DNA from: Candidatus Palauibacter sp.
Lineage (GTDB): Bacteria > Gemmatimonadota > Gemmatimonadetes > Palauibacterales > Palauibacteraceae
Reading direction: 5' to 3'
NCBI RefSeq assembly: GCF_965216145.1
Contig: NZ_OZ244149.1
Coordinates: 1,209,663 to 1,273,662 of the forward strand
DNA: 64,000 nt
Under the pieces are notes generated by a model, which did not search any database, was not told the DNA's origin, and saw only the letters and a program-made list of their open reading frames with translations. Each line of letters begins with the position of its first letter. Positions within the stretch are counted from its first letter, which is position 1. Below are positions 26,298-34,011 of the stretch, piece by piece. The translations under genes were made by a program, and so were the position numbers.

Positions 26298-26962
26298 GCG
26301 AGACGCGCTGGCCGTGCCCCGTCTGTCTCGGGGTGAAGATGGAGAAGGCTTCGCTGGGATCGGGGGGCCGAGGCGGCGAGGGCGCGCTCACACTCGACCA
26401 CTGTGCCCGCTGCGGAGGCATGTGGTTCGAGCTGGGTGAGGTGCAGCGGCTCCGCGCGGAGCGTCCCGAGTCTCTGTGGGCGCGGATCCCGGCCCGCGAC
26501 GAGCGGCACCGGGCCCAGTGTCACACGTGCCGCGCGTTCGTGGACCGCGACGCGCCCCGGTGCGGGGCGTGCGGCGCGAAGACCCGGCTGAACTGTCCCG
26601 CCTGCGATACCACGATGCTTCAGGTCCGACAGTCCGAGCTGACGCTGGATGTCTGCAAGCGGTGCAAGGGCGTGTGGTTCGACCACCACGAACTCGAGGC
26701 GATCTGGGTGCTGGAACGGGACCGGGTCGTCGCGAGGCGCGGTAAGGGCGCAAGCCCCGCGCGCGGCGCGGAGACAGGCTCGGAGGTCCTCCTCCAGACC
26801 CTCTTCTGGGCACCGGATCTCGTCTTCGTGGGGGCGCACGTCGCCGGGCACGCGGTGGCGGCCGCGGCCCAAGCCGCCCCGGCCGTGCTCGAGGCCGCCG
26901 GGGAGGCCGCGGCCAGCGTGTTCGAGGCCATCGTCGAGATCGTGGCCGGCATCTTCGGCTGA
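26294..26962 (+). CDS. Protein with two TFIIB-type zinc ribbons and a central zinc ribbon
   Basis: Six CxxC pairs (CPVC, CARC, CHTC, CGAC, CPAC, CKRC); L.LD.C..C.G.WF...E repeated twice; GTGA overlap with the upstream gene. Confidence 0.8.
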   Translation: MSETRWPCPVCLGVKMEKASLGSGGRGGEGALTLDHCARCGGMWFELGEVQRLRAERPESLWARIPARDERHRAQCHTCRAFVDRDAPRCGACGAKTRLNCPACDTTMLQVRQSELTLDVCKRCKGVWFDHHELEAIWVLERDRVVARRGKGASPARGAETGSEVLLQTLFWAPDLVFVGAHVAGHAVAAAAQAAPAVLEAAGEAAASVFEAIVEIVAGIFG

Positions 26963-26995
26963 GGCAGGCTCCGGGTTCGCCTCGACGGCGCCGCA

Positions 26996-27004
26996 TGATA
27001 GAAT
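26996..27004 (+). promoter_or_regulatory. Extended -10 promoter element (TG-A-TAGAAT)
   Basis: TGATAGAAT about 50 nt upstream of the ATG at 27053. Confidence 0.55.
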
Positions 27005-27052
27005 CCGGGTCCGCTCCAACCTGACACGCACCCCTCCGGGAGACACAACGAA

Positions 27053-27469
27053 ATGGAAATCGCTCTGGCCACGCTGGCCGACTGCGCCAATACGTCGAAC
27101 GACGGCAAACTCAACCTGATGGGGCTGTTCGACACGCTCTACGCGGCGAACGTGCCCGTGACCCACCCGTCGATGCAGCTGGTGCTCAGGATCCGGGTCG
27201 AACCCGCCGAGATCGACCGGCAGCACGAGCTGGAAATCCGCTGCATGGACGCGGATGGCGAGGAGCTGTTCAAGGTGAAAGGCGGGTTCTCGGTCCAGGC
27301 CCTGCCGGGACGGGCGGCCACGTTCAATCACGTCGTGGGGATCAACAACCTGACCTTCCAGAGGTACGGGGGGCACACGATCTCGATCTTCGTCAACCGG
27401 GACCTCAAGGAGACGCTCGAATTCGAGGTCGCGAAGGCCGAGCAGCGCGCGCGGCCGGCGGCCGGCTGA
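27053..27469 (+). CDS. DUF6941-like hypothetical protein (beta-sandwich)
   Basis: LAD.AN...DGKLNLMG.FD...A...P..HP motif. Confidence 0.7.
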   Translation: MEIALATLADCANTSNDGKLNLMGLFDTLYAANVPVTHPSMQLVLRIRVEPAEIDRQHELEIRCMDADGEELFKVKGGFSVQALPGRAATFNHVVGINNLTFQRYGGHTISIFVNRDLKETLEFEVAKAEQRARPAAG

Positions 27470-27472
27470 GGG

Positions 27473-29653
27473 TCAGCGGTCCGGAACAGCCCCGGCGTCC
27501 GGCGCGGCGTCGGCGGCCGATTCCGCCTCCCACAGACGCCGCTGTTCGCTCGTCAGGTAGTGCCGGATGGCGGTCACGTCCTCCATCGTGAGCAGGTCGC
27601 CGAAGGCGGCCATGCCGTTCGCGGCGAGCGCGCCGCCCAGGACCACGGCGTCGAAGCTCTCCCACCCGCCGCCCTCCATCCGGCGCAGATCGGGATAGGC
27701 GGAGAGGTGCTCGTCCGAGGCGCGGTGGCAGATGGAGCAGTGGACCCCGAACAGCTCGGCCCCCGCGCGCACGAGCGCCGCGTCGAGCGCCAGATCCGGC
27801 GGCTCGGGCGTCGAGGGCGAGGCCTGCGGCGGCGGTAGCGGGACCTCCCCGCCGTCGAGTTTGAACACGAGCAGCCGCCCCACGCTCTCGTAGTCGTACG
27901 CCGCCGAGCCGAGCGGGTAGGCGGCGCCGCGCGGCCCCCCATAGCCGGCCATGACGGCGACGTACTGCACGCCGTCCGCCTCGTACGTCATCGGCCCCGC
28001 CATGACCCCGGTGCCGAGATGGATGCTGTGGAGGCGTTCCCCGCTGTCGGCCTGGTGGAAGTCGAGCGTGCCGACAGCGGTCCCCTGGATGACGAGGTTC
28101 CCCGCCGTGACCAGCGTGCCACCGTTCCACATGCTTCCCCGCGGAACCCGCCACAGCTCACGACCCGCGACGGGATCCCACGCGAGGAGGAACTCGTTGG
28201 GGCCGATGTCGGGGAGACCCTCGGCGAGGTGCGCGTACTCCCCCGGGAACGGGGGCCAGCTCGCCTCGAACCCCTCGTACGCCACCTCGGGACGGTGGTC
28301 GAACTCGTCCAGCGAACGCCACAGCATGGCCTGTTCGCGGGCCGGGATGTAGGCGATGCCCGTCTGCGGGTTGAACGACATCGGCTGCCAGTTGTGGCCC
28401 CCGGCCGAGGAGGGAAAGACGACCCGGGGCTCGTCCCGGTAGTCCGCGGCGGGGTCCGGGATGGGCCGGCCGGTCTCCATGTCGATCCCGAGCGTCCAGT
28501 TCACCGTGACGAAGTTCTCCGCCTGCAGCAATTCTCCCGTGGCGCGGTCCAGGACGTAGAAGAAGCCGTTCTTCGGCGCCTGGAGGAGAACCTCTCGCGG
28601 CTGGCCGTCGATCATGACGGTGCTCAGGATGATGTTCTGGGTCGCCGTGTAGTCCCAGATCTCGGCGGGCACCGTCTGGTAGTGCCACACGAGCCGCCCG
28701 CTCCCGGGGTCGATTGCGAGGATCGAGACGAGGTACAGGTTGTCGCCGCCGGAAGGGCTCCGGTGCCATATCGGATAGGGATACGAGTTCCCCGTCCCCA
28801 CGTAGAGAAGGTCGAGGACCGGGTCGTAGGCCATCTCCCCCCACACCGTGCCTCCGAGACCGCCCTCCCAGGCGGAGTTCGGGTCCCACGTCTCGGCGGC
28901 GACCTCCAGTTCGGGGTGCTCGACGCCGTCCGCCGGATTCCCGGGCACGGTGAAGAAGCGCCACCTCTCTTCACCCGTGTCGAGGTCGTAGGCGGTAATG
29001 TACCCCCTCACGCCGAAGTCCCCGCCGGCGTTGCCGAGGACGACGACGTCGCCGGCGATCTGCGGGGACCCGGTGCTCGTGTAGGAGAGCGCGCGGTCGA
29101 GGAAGGTGTCGACGCGCCAGATCTCCTCGCCCGTCGCGGCGTCGAGCGCCACCAGATAACCGTCGAAGGTGCCGACGTAGACGCGGCCCTCCCACACCTC
29201 GAGACCCCGGTTGATGGGGCCGCAGCAACCCTTCCTGCTGTAGCCCGGATCGACGTCGGGGTCGTATCGCCAGACCGTTTCCCCCGTCGTCGCGTCGAGG
29301 GCGGCGACGCTCCCCCACGGCCCGGGCGCGTACATCACGCCGTCCACGACGACGGGGGTGGCCTCGAGCCCCCAGTGCACACTGCCGACGTGCGAACGCC
29401 ACTCGTACTCCCAGGCGAGCCCGACCGCGGCCGCGTTCATGACGTGGATGCGCCCGAGCGGGGAATAGCGCGTCTCGCCGAAGTCGCGGCCGGAGGTCAG
29501 CCATTCCGCGGCGACCGTGTCGGTCGCGAGCAGGCGGGGCCGATCGACGTCACCGGGCAACGAGCCCGCCGGCACCGTTTCGCAGCCCGCCAGCGCGAAC
29601 GAAGCGAGGAGGGCCCCGCAAAGTGAGCGGGAACCCCGAGGGGCTCTTCCCAT
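27473..29653 (-). CDS. Type II quinohemoprotein (PQQ + cytochrome c) alcohol dehydrogenase
   Basis: W...GR...E.RYSPL, EATP.VVDGVMY, vicinal Cys GCCGPINRG, WDYTATQ, APKNGFFYVLDR, GGHNW.PMS; C-terminal CSICH heme motif. Confidence 0.9.
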   Translation of the reverse strand: MGRAPRGSRSLCGALLASFALAGCETVPAGSLPGDVDRPRLLATDTVAAEWLTSGRDFGETRYSPLGRIHVMNAAAVGLAWEYEWRSHVGSVHWGLEATPVVVDGVMYAPGPWGSVAALDATTGETVWRYDPDVDPGYSRKGCCGPINRGLEVWEGRVYVGTFDGYLVALDAATGEEIWRVDTFLDRALSYTSTGSPQIAGDVVVLGNAGGDFGVRGYITAYDLDTGEERWRFFTVPGNPADGVEHPELEVAAETWDPNSAWEGGLGGTVWGEMAYDPVLDLLYVGTGNSYPYPIWHRSPSGGDNLYLVSILAIDPGSGRLVWHYQTVPAEIWDYTATQNIILSTVMIDGQPREVLLQAPKNGFFYVLDRATGELLQAENFVTVNWTLGIDMETGRPIPDPAADYRDEPRVVFPSSAGGHNWQPMSFNPQTGIAYIPAREQAMLWRSLDEFDHRPEVAYEGFEASWPPFPGEYAHLAEGLPDIGPNEFLLAWDPVAGRELWRVPRGSMWNGGTLVTAGNLVIQGTAVGTLDFHQADSGERLHSIHLGTGVMAGPMTYEADGVQYVAVMAGYGGPRGAAYPLGSAAYDYESVGRLLVFKLDGGEVPLPPPQASPSTPEPPDLALDAALVRAGAELFGVHCSICHRASDEHLSAYPDLRRMEGGGWESFDAVVLGGALAANGMAAFGDLLTMEDVTAIRHYLTSEQRRLWEAESAADAAPDAGAVPDR

Positions 29654-29659
29654 GGGCTG

Positions 29660-31825
29660 CTAGAAGCGGGGGGTTACGGTGAGACGGAAGCTCCGGGTGG
29701 GTCCGGGGCTCCGTTCCTGCACGTCCACATACGTCGTCTGGAACAGGTTCTCGATCTTGGCCTGCACGGTGGTCCCGAGGATCCGGGTCCCGACCCGTAT
29801 GTCGACGAGGGTGATGGCAGCCCGGTCGTCGAGCGGGAACGCGAGGACTTCCTGCACCCGGCTCCGGTGGCGGAAATCGATCGCGACGAGTTGTCGCCAG
29901 CCCGAAATCGTCGCCGTCAGGTTGTGGCGAGAGCGGTAGGGCAGTGCACGGCCGGTCCCGTGGTCCTCGGTGTCAAGGAAGGTGTAGGTGGTGCTGAAGT
30001 CGAGGCGGCTCGGTATGACGCCGAGCCGCAGCCCCGCATCGATCCCCCGAACCATCGCTTCGGCGACATTGCGGAACTGGAAGGTGAAGATGTTGTTCGG
30101 GGCCGGCGTCGGCTCGATGAGATCGGTGTATTCGCTCCAGAAGAAGCCGGCGTCGACCCACACGCGGTCGCTGAGGTGCAACGTCGCCCCGACCTCTCGG
30201 GCCCATGCGGACTCTCCCCGCAACTCGGGGTTGGGGATGACGCGGAAGCCGAACTGGGTCGTCGACGTGAACTGCTCCACTACGCTCGGCGACCGGTAGC
30301 CTCGGCTGAAGGATGTCCTGAGACTCACTCGCTCGCTGGCCTCGAACACGACTCCGAGCTTCGGGTTGAGCACCAGATCCCTCATCGCAGCCGAAGCCTT
30401 GTGGTAGTCGAGCCTCAGCCCCACCGAGCCATGCACCCGGTCGGAGAACGCGATCTCGTCCTGCGCGAACACCGCGAGGTCTCTCACGTCGGGCGGAGGC
30501 GCCAGGAAGTTCGAGGACACACCGGTCAACGCTCCTTCTCCGCCGATCGTCAGGGCATGTGACCGATTGGGGAACAGGGACCATTGGATGTCTGTGCCGA
30601 CTCGCGTCGAGCGGTGGAAATCCTCGTTGTCGTGGAAGTAGTTCTGTGATCGCGCGTGATAGACGTGCGGCCGCAACTGAAGGCGATGCTTCGGCGTGAC
30701 GATGGGATTCGCCGTCACGCCGAACACGACGTCATCCGTCCGGATCCAGTCTCCGAGCTCGGTCGGATCGACTTCGAGCGGGCGGTCCGCGGACAGCCAT
30801 GTGAAGAACTCCTCCTCGTCCTTGCGCGTCCAGTTGACGAAGATTTCCCAGGGATTGGCGGACTCCGCAGGGAATACGGTCTTGAGCCGTACTCGCCAGC
30901 GCTCGAGCGCTCCGTTCTGCCGGAACCCGTCGGAGCCTTCGCGCGAGAGGTGCAGGGTCGTGCCCACGTCGCCGAGGCGGCGGGAATGCTGGAGGGCGAT
31001 CCCTTCCCTGCTCAGGCGCTCCTCCGTGAACGAGTGCCGGGTCGGGGTGTCGAAGAGGCCGAAATAGCCGCGGATGATCGTCTCGGGCTCGGCGGACGGA
31101 CGTCTCGTGATCACGTTCACGACGCCGCCCAGCGCGTTCGTGCCCCACAGCGTGGAGTGCGGGCCCTTGACGATCTCGATCTGCTCGACGTCCAGCACCG
31201 GGAGGCCGCTGAAATCGATCGAGGCGCCCACACCGGACAAGACGCGGTGGCCGTCGAGCAGCATGAGAACCCGGCTCCCGACGCCTCGCGCGATGCCGGT
31301 GGCGCCGCGGATGTCCATCTGTCCGGAGTTGAAGATCACGCCCTGCGCGAAGGGGAGCGCCTCGTCGAGGGTGACGGGGTGGCGATGGTGAAGCTCCTCA
31401 CCGCTCAGGACGGTAACGCTGACAGGAGTTTCGCCGGGTCGGGCGGGGGAGCGGCTCGCCGTGACGGTCAGCGCGGGCACCGTGAACAACTGTCGTTCGA
31501 GCAGAATGCTAAGCTCGCCCGTATGGTCGGCCTGGAGTTGGTGTTCCGTGACGCGGAAGCCCGGAGCGACCACAACCAGCGTATAGGCGTCGTCAGCCGG
31601 TGAGGCGATCGTGAAGCCGCCGTCGGAACGGCTCGTGGAGCGCAATGGGGTGTTGCGAATGAACACGGTAGCCCCGGCGATGGGGGCGCGCGTTTCGGCA
31701 TCCAGAACACGGCCGCGCACCGCATCCTGAGCCTGCACTGCCGGCGGGGCGCTCGCCAGGAAGACGGCGAGCGCCGCGCCGGACGCGAGGCATCGGCGGA
31801 AGCCGGCTGCTATTGCCGCTGCCAA
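29660..31825 (-). CDS. TonB-dependent outer-membrane receptor with carboxypeptidase-regulatory-like N-domain
   Basis: GRVLDAET.APIAGA, VTASR, IEIVKGP.STLWG.NALGGVVNVIT plug, NPELR.E, KIENLF, terminal Phe. Confidence 0.9.
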   Translation of the reverse strand: MAAAIAAGFRRCLASGAALAVFLASAPPAVQAQDAVRGRVLDAETRAPIAGATVFIRNTPLRSTSRSDGGFTIASPADDAYTLVVVAPGFRVTEHQLQADHTGELSILLERQLFTVPALTVTASRSPARPGETPVSVTVLSGEELHHRHPVTLDEALPFAQGVIFNSGQMDIRGATGIARGVGSRVLMLLDGHRVLSGVGASIDFSGLPVLDVEQIEIVKGPHSTLWGTNALGGVVNVITRRPSAEPETIIRGYFGLFDTPTRHSFTEERLSREGIALQHSRRLGDVGTTLHLSREGSDGFRQNGALERWRVRLKTVFPAESANPWEIFVNWTRKDEEEFFTWLSADRPLEVDPTELGDWIRTDDVVFGVTANPIVTPKHRLQLRPHVYHARSQNYFHDNEDFHRSTRVGTDIQWSLFPNRSHALTIGGEGALTGVSSNFLAPPPDVRDLAVFAQDEIAFSDRVHGSVGLRLDYHKASAAMRDLVLNPKLGVVFEASERVSLRTSFSRGYRSPSVVEQFTSTTQFGFRVIPNPELRGESAWAREVGATLHLSDRVWVDAGFFWSEYTDLIEPTPAPNNIFTFQFRNVAEAMVRGIDAGLRLGVIPSRLDFSTTYTFLDTEDHGTGRALPYRSRHNLTATISGWRQLVAIDFRHRSRVQEVLAFPLDDRAAITLVDIRVGTRILGTTVQAKIENLFQTTYVDVQERSPGPTRSFRLTVTPRF

Positions 31826-32277
31826 ACTGTCGTCGAGACGGCGGCCGCGGGTTCCGTCACGATGACGGTGAGGACGTTGCCCGCCAATGTGTATGTGCCC
31901 AGAGCCTGTTGCTGCTGGCCGGTCTGCTCCCAGGAGCCGTCCGTACGCACCGTGAACATCCCCTGGTCCGCGATTTCCGTGACGCTGCCATCCCTCGGGT
32001 CCGTCACCGTGAGGCTCAGGGACAGGCTGCCGGTCGCAGTGTCACCGGACGCCGAGTTCTGCATCAGCGTGAACGTCCCTACGGCAATGGGCGGCCCAAT
32101 AGGAAAGTTGCCGGTGACCACCCCGGTCAGGGACTGAAGGTCGTACGTCCCGGACAGATTGGGCGGCGGGGTCACCGCGGGCGTCGTCGGCTCCACCGGG
32201 TCGTCGTCGCCGCCGCAGCCGACAACGAGTCCGGCGGCAACAACAGGGATAAGCAGTATACCGAGGCGCTTCTTCAT
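31810..32277 (-). CDS. Lipocalin-like lipoprotein
   Basis: Lipobox VVGC; P.LSGTYDL, GTF.V..DG and GTYTL.GN.LT motifs. Confidence 0.75.
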   Translation of the reverse strand: MKKRLGILLIPVVAAGLVVGCGGDDDPVEPTTPAVTPPPNLSGTYDLQSLTGVVTGNFPIGPPIAVGTFTLMQNSASGDTATGSLSLSLTVTDPRDGSVTEIADQGMFTVRTDGSWEQTGQQQQALGTYTLAGNVLTVIVTEPAAAVSTTVWQRQ

Positions 32278-32310
32278 GAATCCTCCTGTGCGTTGATCTC
32301 GGGGCCAAGG

Positions 32311-34011
32311 TCAGTCGCCCCCGCCCGCTCGTTCCATCATTTGGTCACGCGCGGCGCGAAACTCGTTCCCCTCGCGCCAGTTGGGCCACTCGGCGCCCTG
32401 GGCCAGCCGGTAGCCCACCTCGAACAACAACCTCAGGTCGTCCACGGCGCCGTCCAGATTCCAGGACGGGTCGTACTCGTCCGTCGGCTTGTGATACCGC
32501 TCGGCCGTGTAAGCCTCACGCATCCGCCGGCCGTACGTCTCGCCCCGCTCCACGTGATCTATCCCGGAGTCGGTGTACAGGGCCGGCACGCCCCGCTTCG
32601 CGAAGTTGAAGTGATCGGAGCGGTAGAAAAACCCTTTTTCCGGCTCCGGATCCGCGCGTATCAGGCGGCCCGCCGCCGAGACGACCGCTTCAAGGTAGTC
32701 GTCCAGATCGGAGTTGCCGAGACCGACGACCGTGATGTCGTTCATCGGCCCCACCGTGTTGAGCCCATCCATGTTGATCGCGGCCACGGTCCGGTCCAGG
32801 GGATGGACGGGGTATTCTCCGTAGTGATCCGAGCCGAGGAGGCCCTGTTCCTCGGCGGTTACGGCGAGGAAGAGGACGGTGCGGGCCGGCGGCCGCTCGA
32901 GGCCGCCGAAGGCCGCGGCGATCTCGATGAGGCCCGCCACGCCCGTCGCGTTGTCGAGCGCGCCATTGTAGATCTCGTCTCCGTCGAGCGTCTCGTCCTT
33001 CCCCAGATGGTCCCAATGGGCCATGTAGACGACGGCTTCCTCGGGACGTTCGGAGCCGGCGAGGCGGCCGACGACGTTGTGCGAGGTCGAGCGCTCGATC
33101 GTGTTGCGGATCTCGAGGCTGACTGTGAGCCCCAGCGACGCCGCCTGGAAGTCCTCGCGGACAGCCCGCACGCTCAGCGGCGCGAGGTCGACACCCGCGC
33201 GTTCGAACAGCGCGGAGGCGGCATCGAGCGTCAGCCAGCCCTCGACCGCCGGACGGGAGAGGTTCGCATCCTCCGCGACGAGACCGAACTGGGGGCCGGA
33301 CCAGCTGCTGGCCACGACCTCCCAGGGGTATCCCGCCGCATCCGTCTCATGGATGATGAGGGCGCCCGCCGCGCCCTGCCGCCCGGCCTCCTCGAACTTG
33401 TACGTCCACCGGCCGTAGTACGTCATCGCGCGGCCGTTGAAGAGGGCGGGGTCGCCCGTCGCGTAGCCCGGATCGTTCACGAGCATGACGACGGTCTTCC
33501 CGGTCACGTCCACCCCGGCGTAGTCGTCCCACCCATACTCCGGGGCGACGATGCCGTACCCGACGAAGACCAGTTCGGAGTCCGCGAGGCCGCTGCGGTC
33601 GATGACGCGCTTCGTCCAGGCCATCATCTCGGTCCCGTACTCGAGCGTCTCCTCGCGGTCGTCGCCCGAGATCGCGAGCCGCATCCCGGGATCGGCCGTG
33701 AGCGACACGAGGGGGACCGGCTGCAGCCACTCCCCGTCGTTGCCGGGCTCGAGCCCGGCGGCCCCAAACGCCTCGGCCAGATAGGCGATCGTGAGTTCCT
33801 CGCCCCGCGAGACCGGCGCGCGCCCCTCGAACTCGTCCGAGGCGAGGACCGCGATGTGCTCCCTCAGCCCGGCGTCATCGATGCCCTGCAAGGCGTCGGC
33901 CGGCGCTTCGGGGTCCGGGGCACACCCCGCGGGGACCATCAGGAGTCCCCCGCGCAGCGCCGCGACCGCGGAGCGGCGAACCCGTCCGGGCGCCCGACGA
34001 TCATCGCTCAT
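32311..34011 (-). CDS. M28 family metallopeptidase with PA domain
   Basis: LASDEFEGR, YYGRWTYK.EEA, AHWDHLG, NGA.DNA.G, AEEQGLLGS, RSDHFNF, YH.P.DE. Confidence 0.9.
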   Translation of the reverse strand: MSDDRRAPGRVRRSAVAALRGGLLMVPAGCAPDPEAPADALQGIDDAGLREHIAVLASDEFEGRAPVSRGEELTIAYLAEAFGAAGLEPGNDGEWLQPVPLVSLTADPGMRLAISGDDREETLEYGTEMMAWTKRVIDRSGLADSELVFVGYGIVAPEYGWDDYAGVDVTGKTVVMLVNDPGYATGDPALFNGRAMTYYGRWTYKFEEAGRQGAAGALIIHETDAAGYPWEVVASSWSGPQFGLVAEDANLSRPAVEGWLTLDAASALFERAGVDLAPLSVRAVREDFQAASLGLTVSLEIRNTIERSTSHNVVGRLAGSERPEEAVVYMAHWDHLGKDETLDGDEIYNGALDNATGVAGLIEIAAAFGGLERPPARTVLFLAVTAEEQGLLGSDHYGEYPVHPLDRTVAAINMDGLNTVGPMNDITVVGLGNSDLDDYLEAVVSAAGRLIRADPEPEKGFFYRSDHFNFAKRGVPALYTDSGIDHVERGETYGRRMREAYTAERYHKPTDEYDPSWNLDGAVDDLRLLFEVGYRLAQGAEWPNWREGNEFRAARDQMMERAGGGD

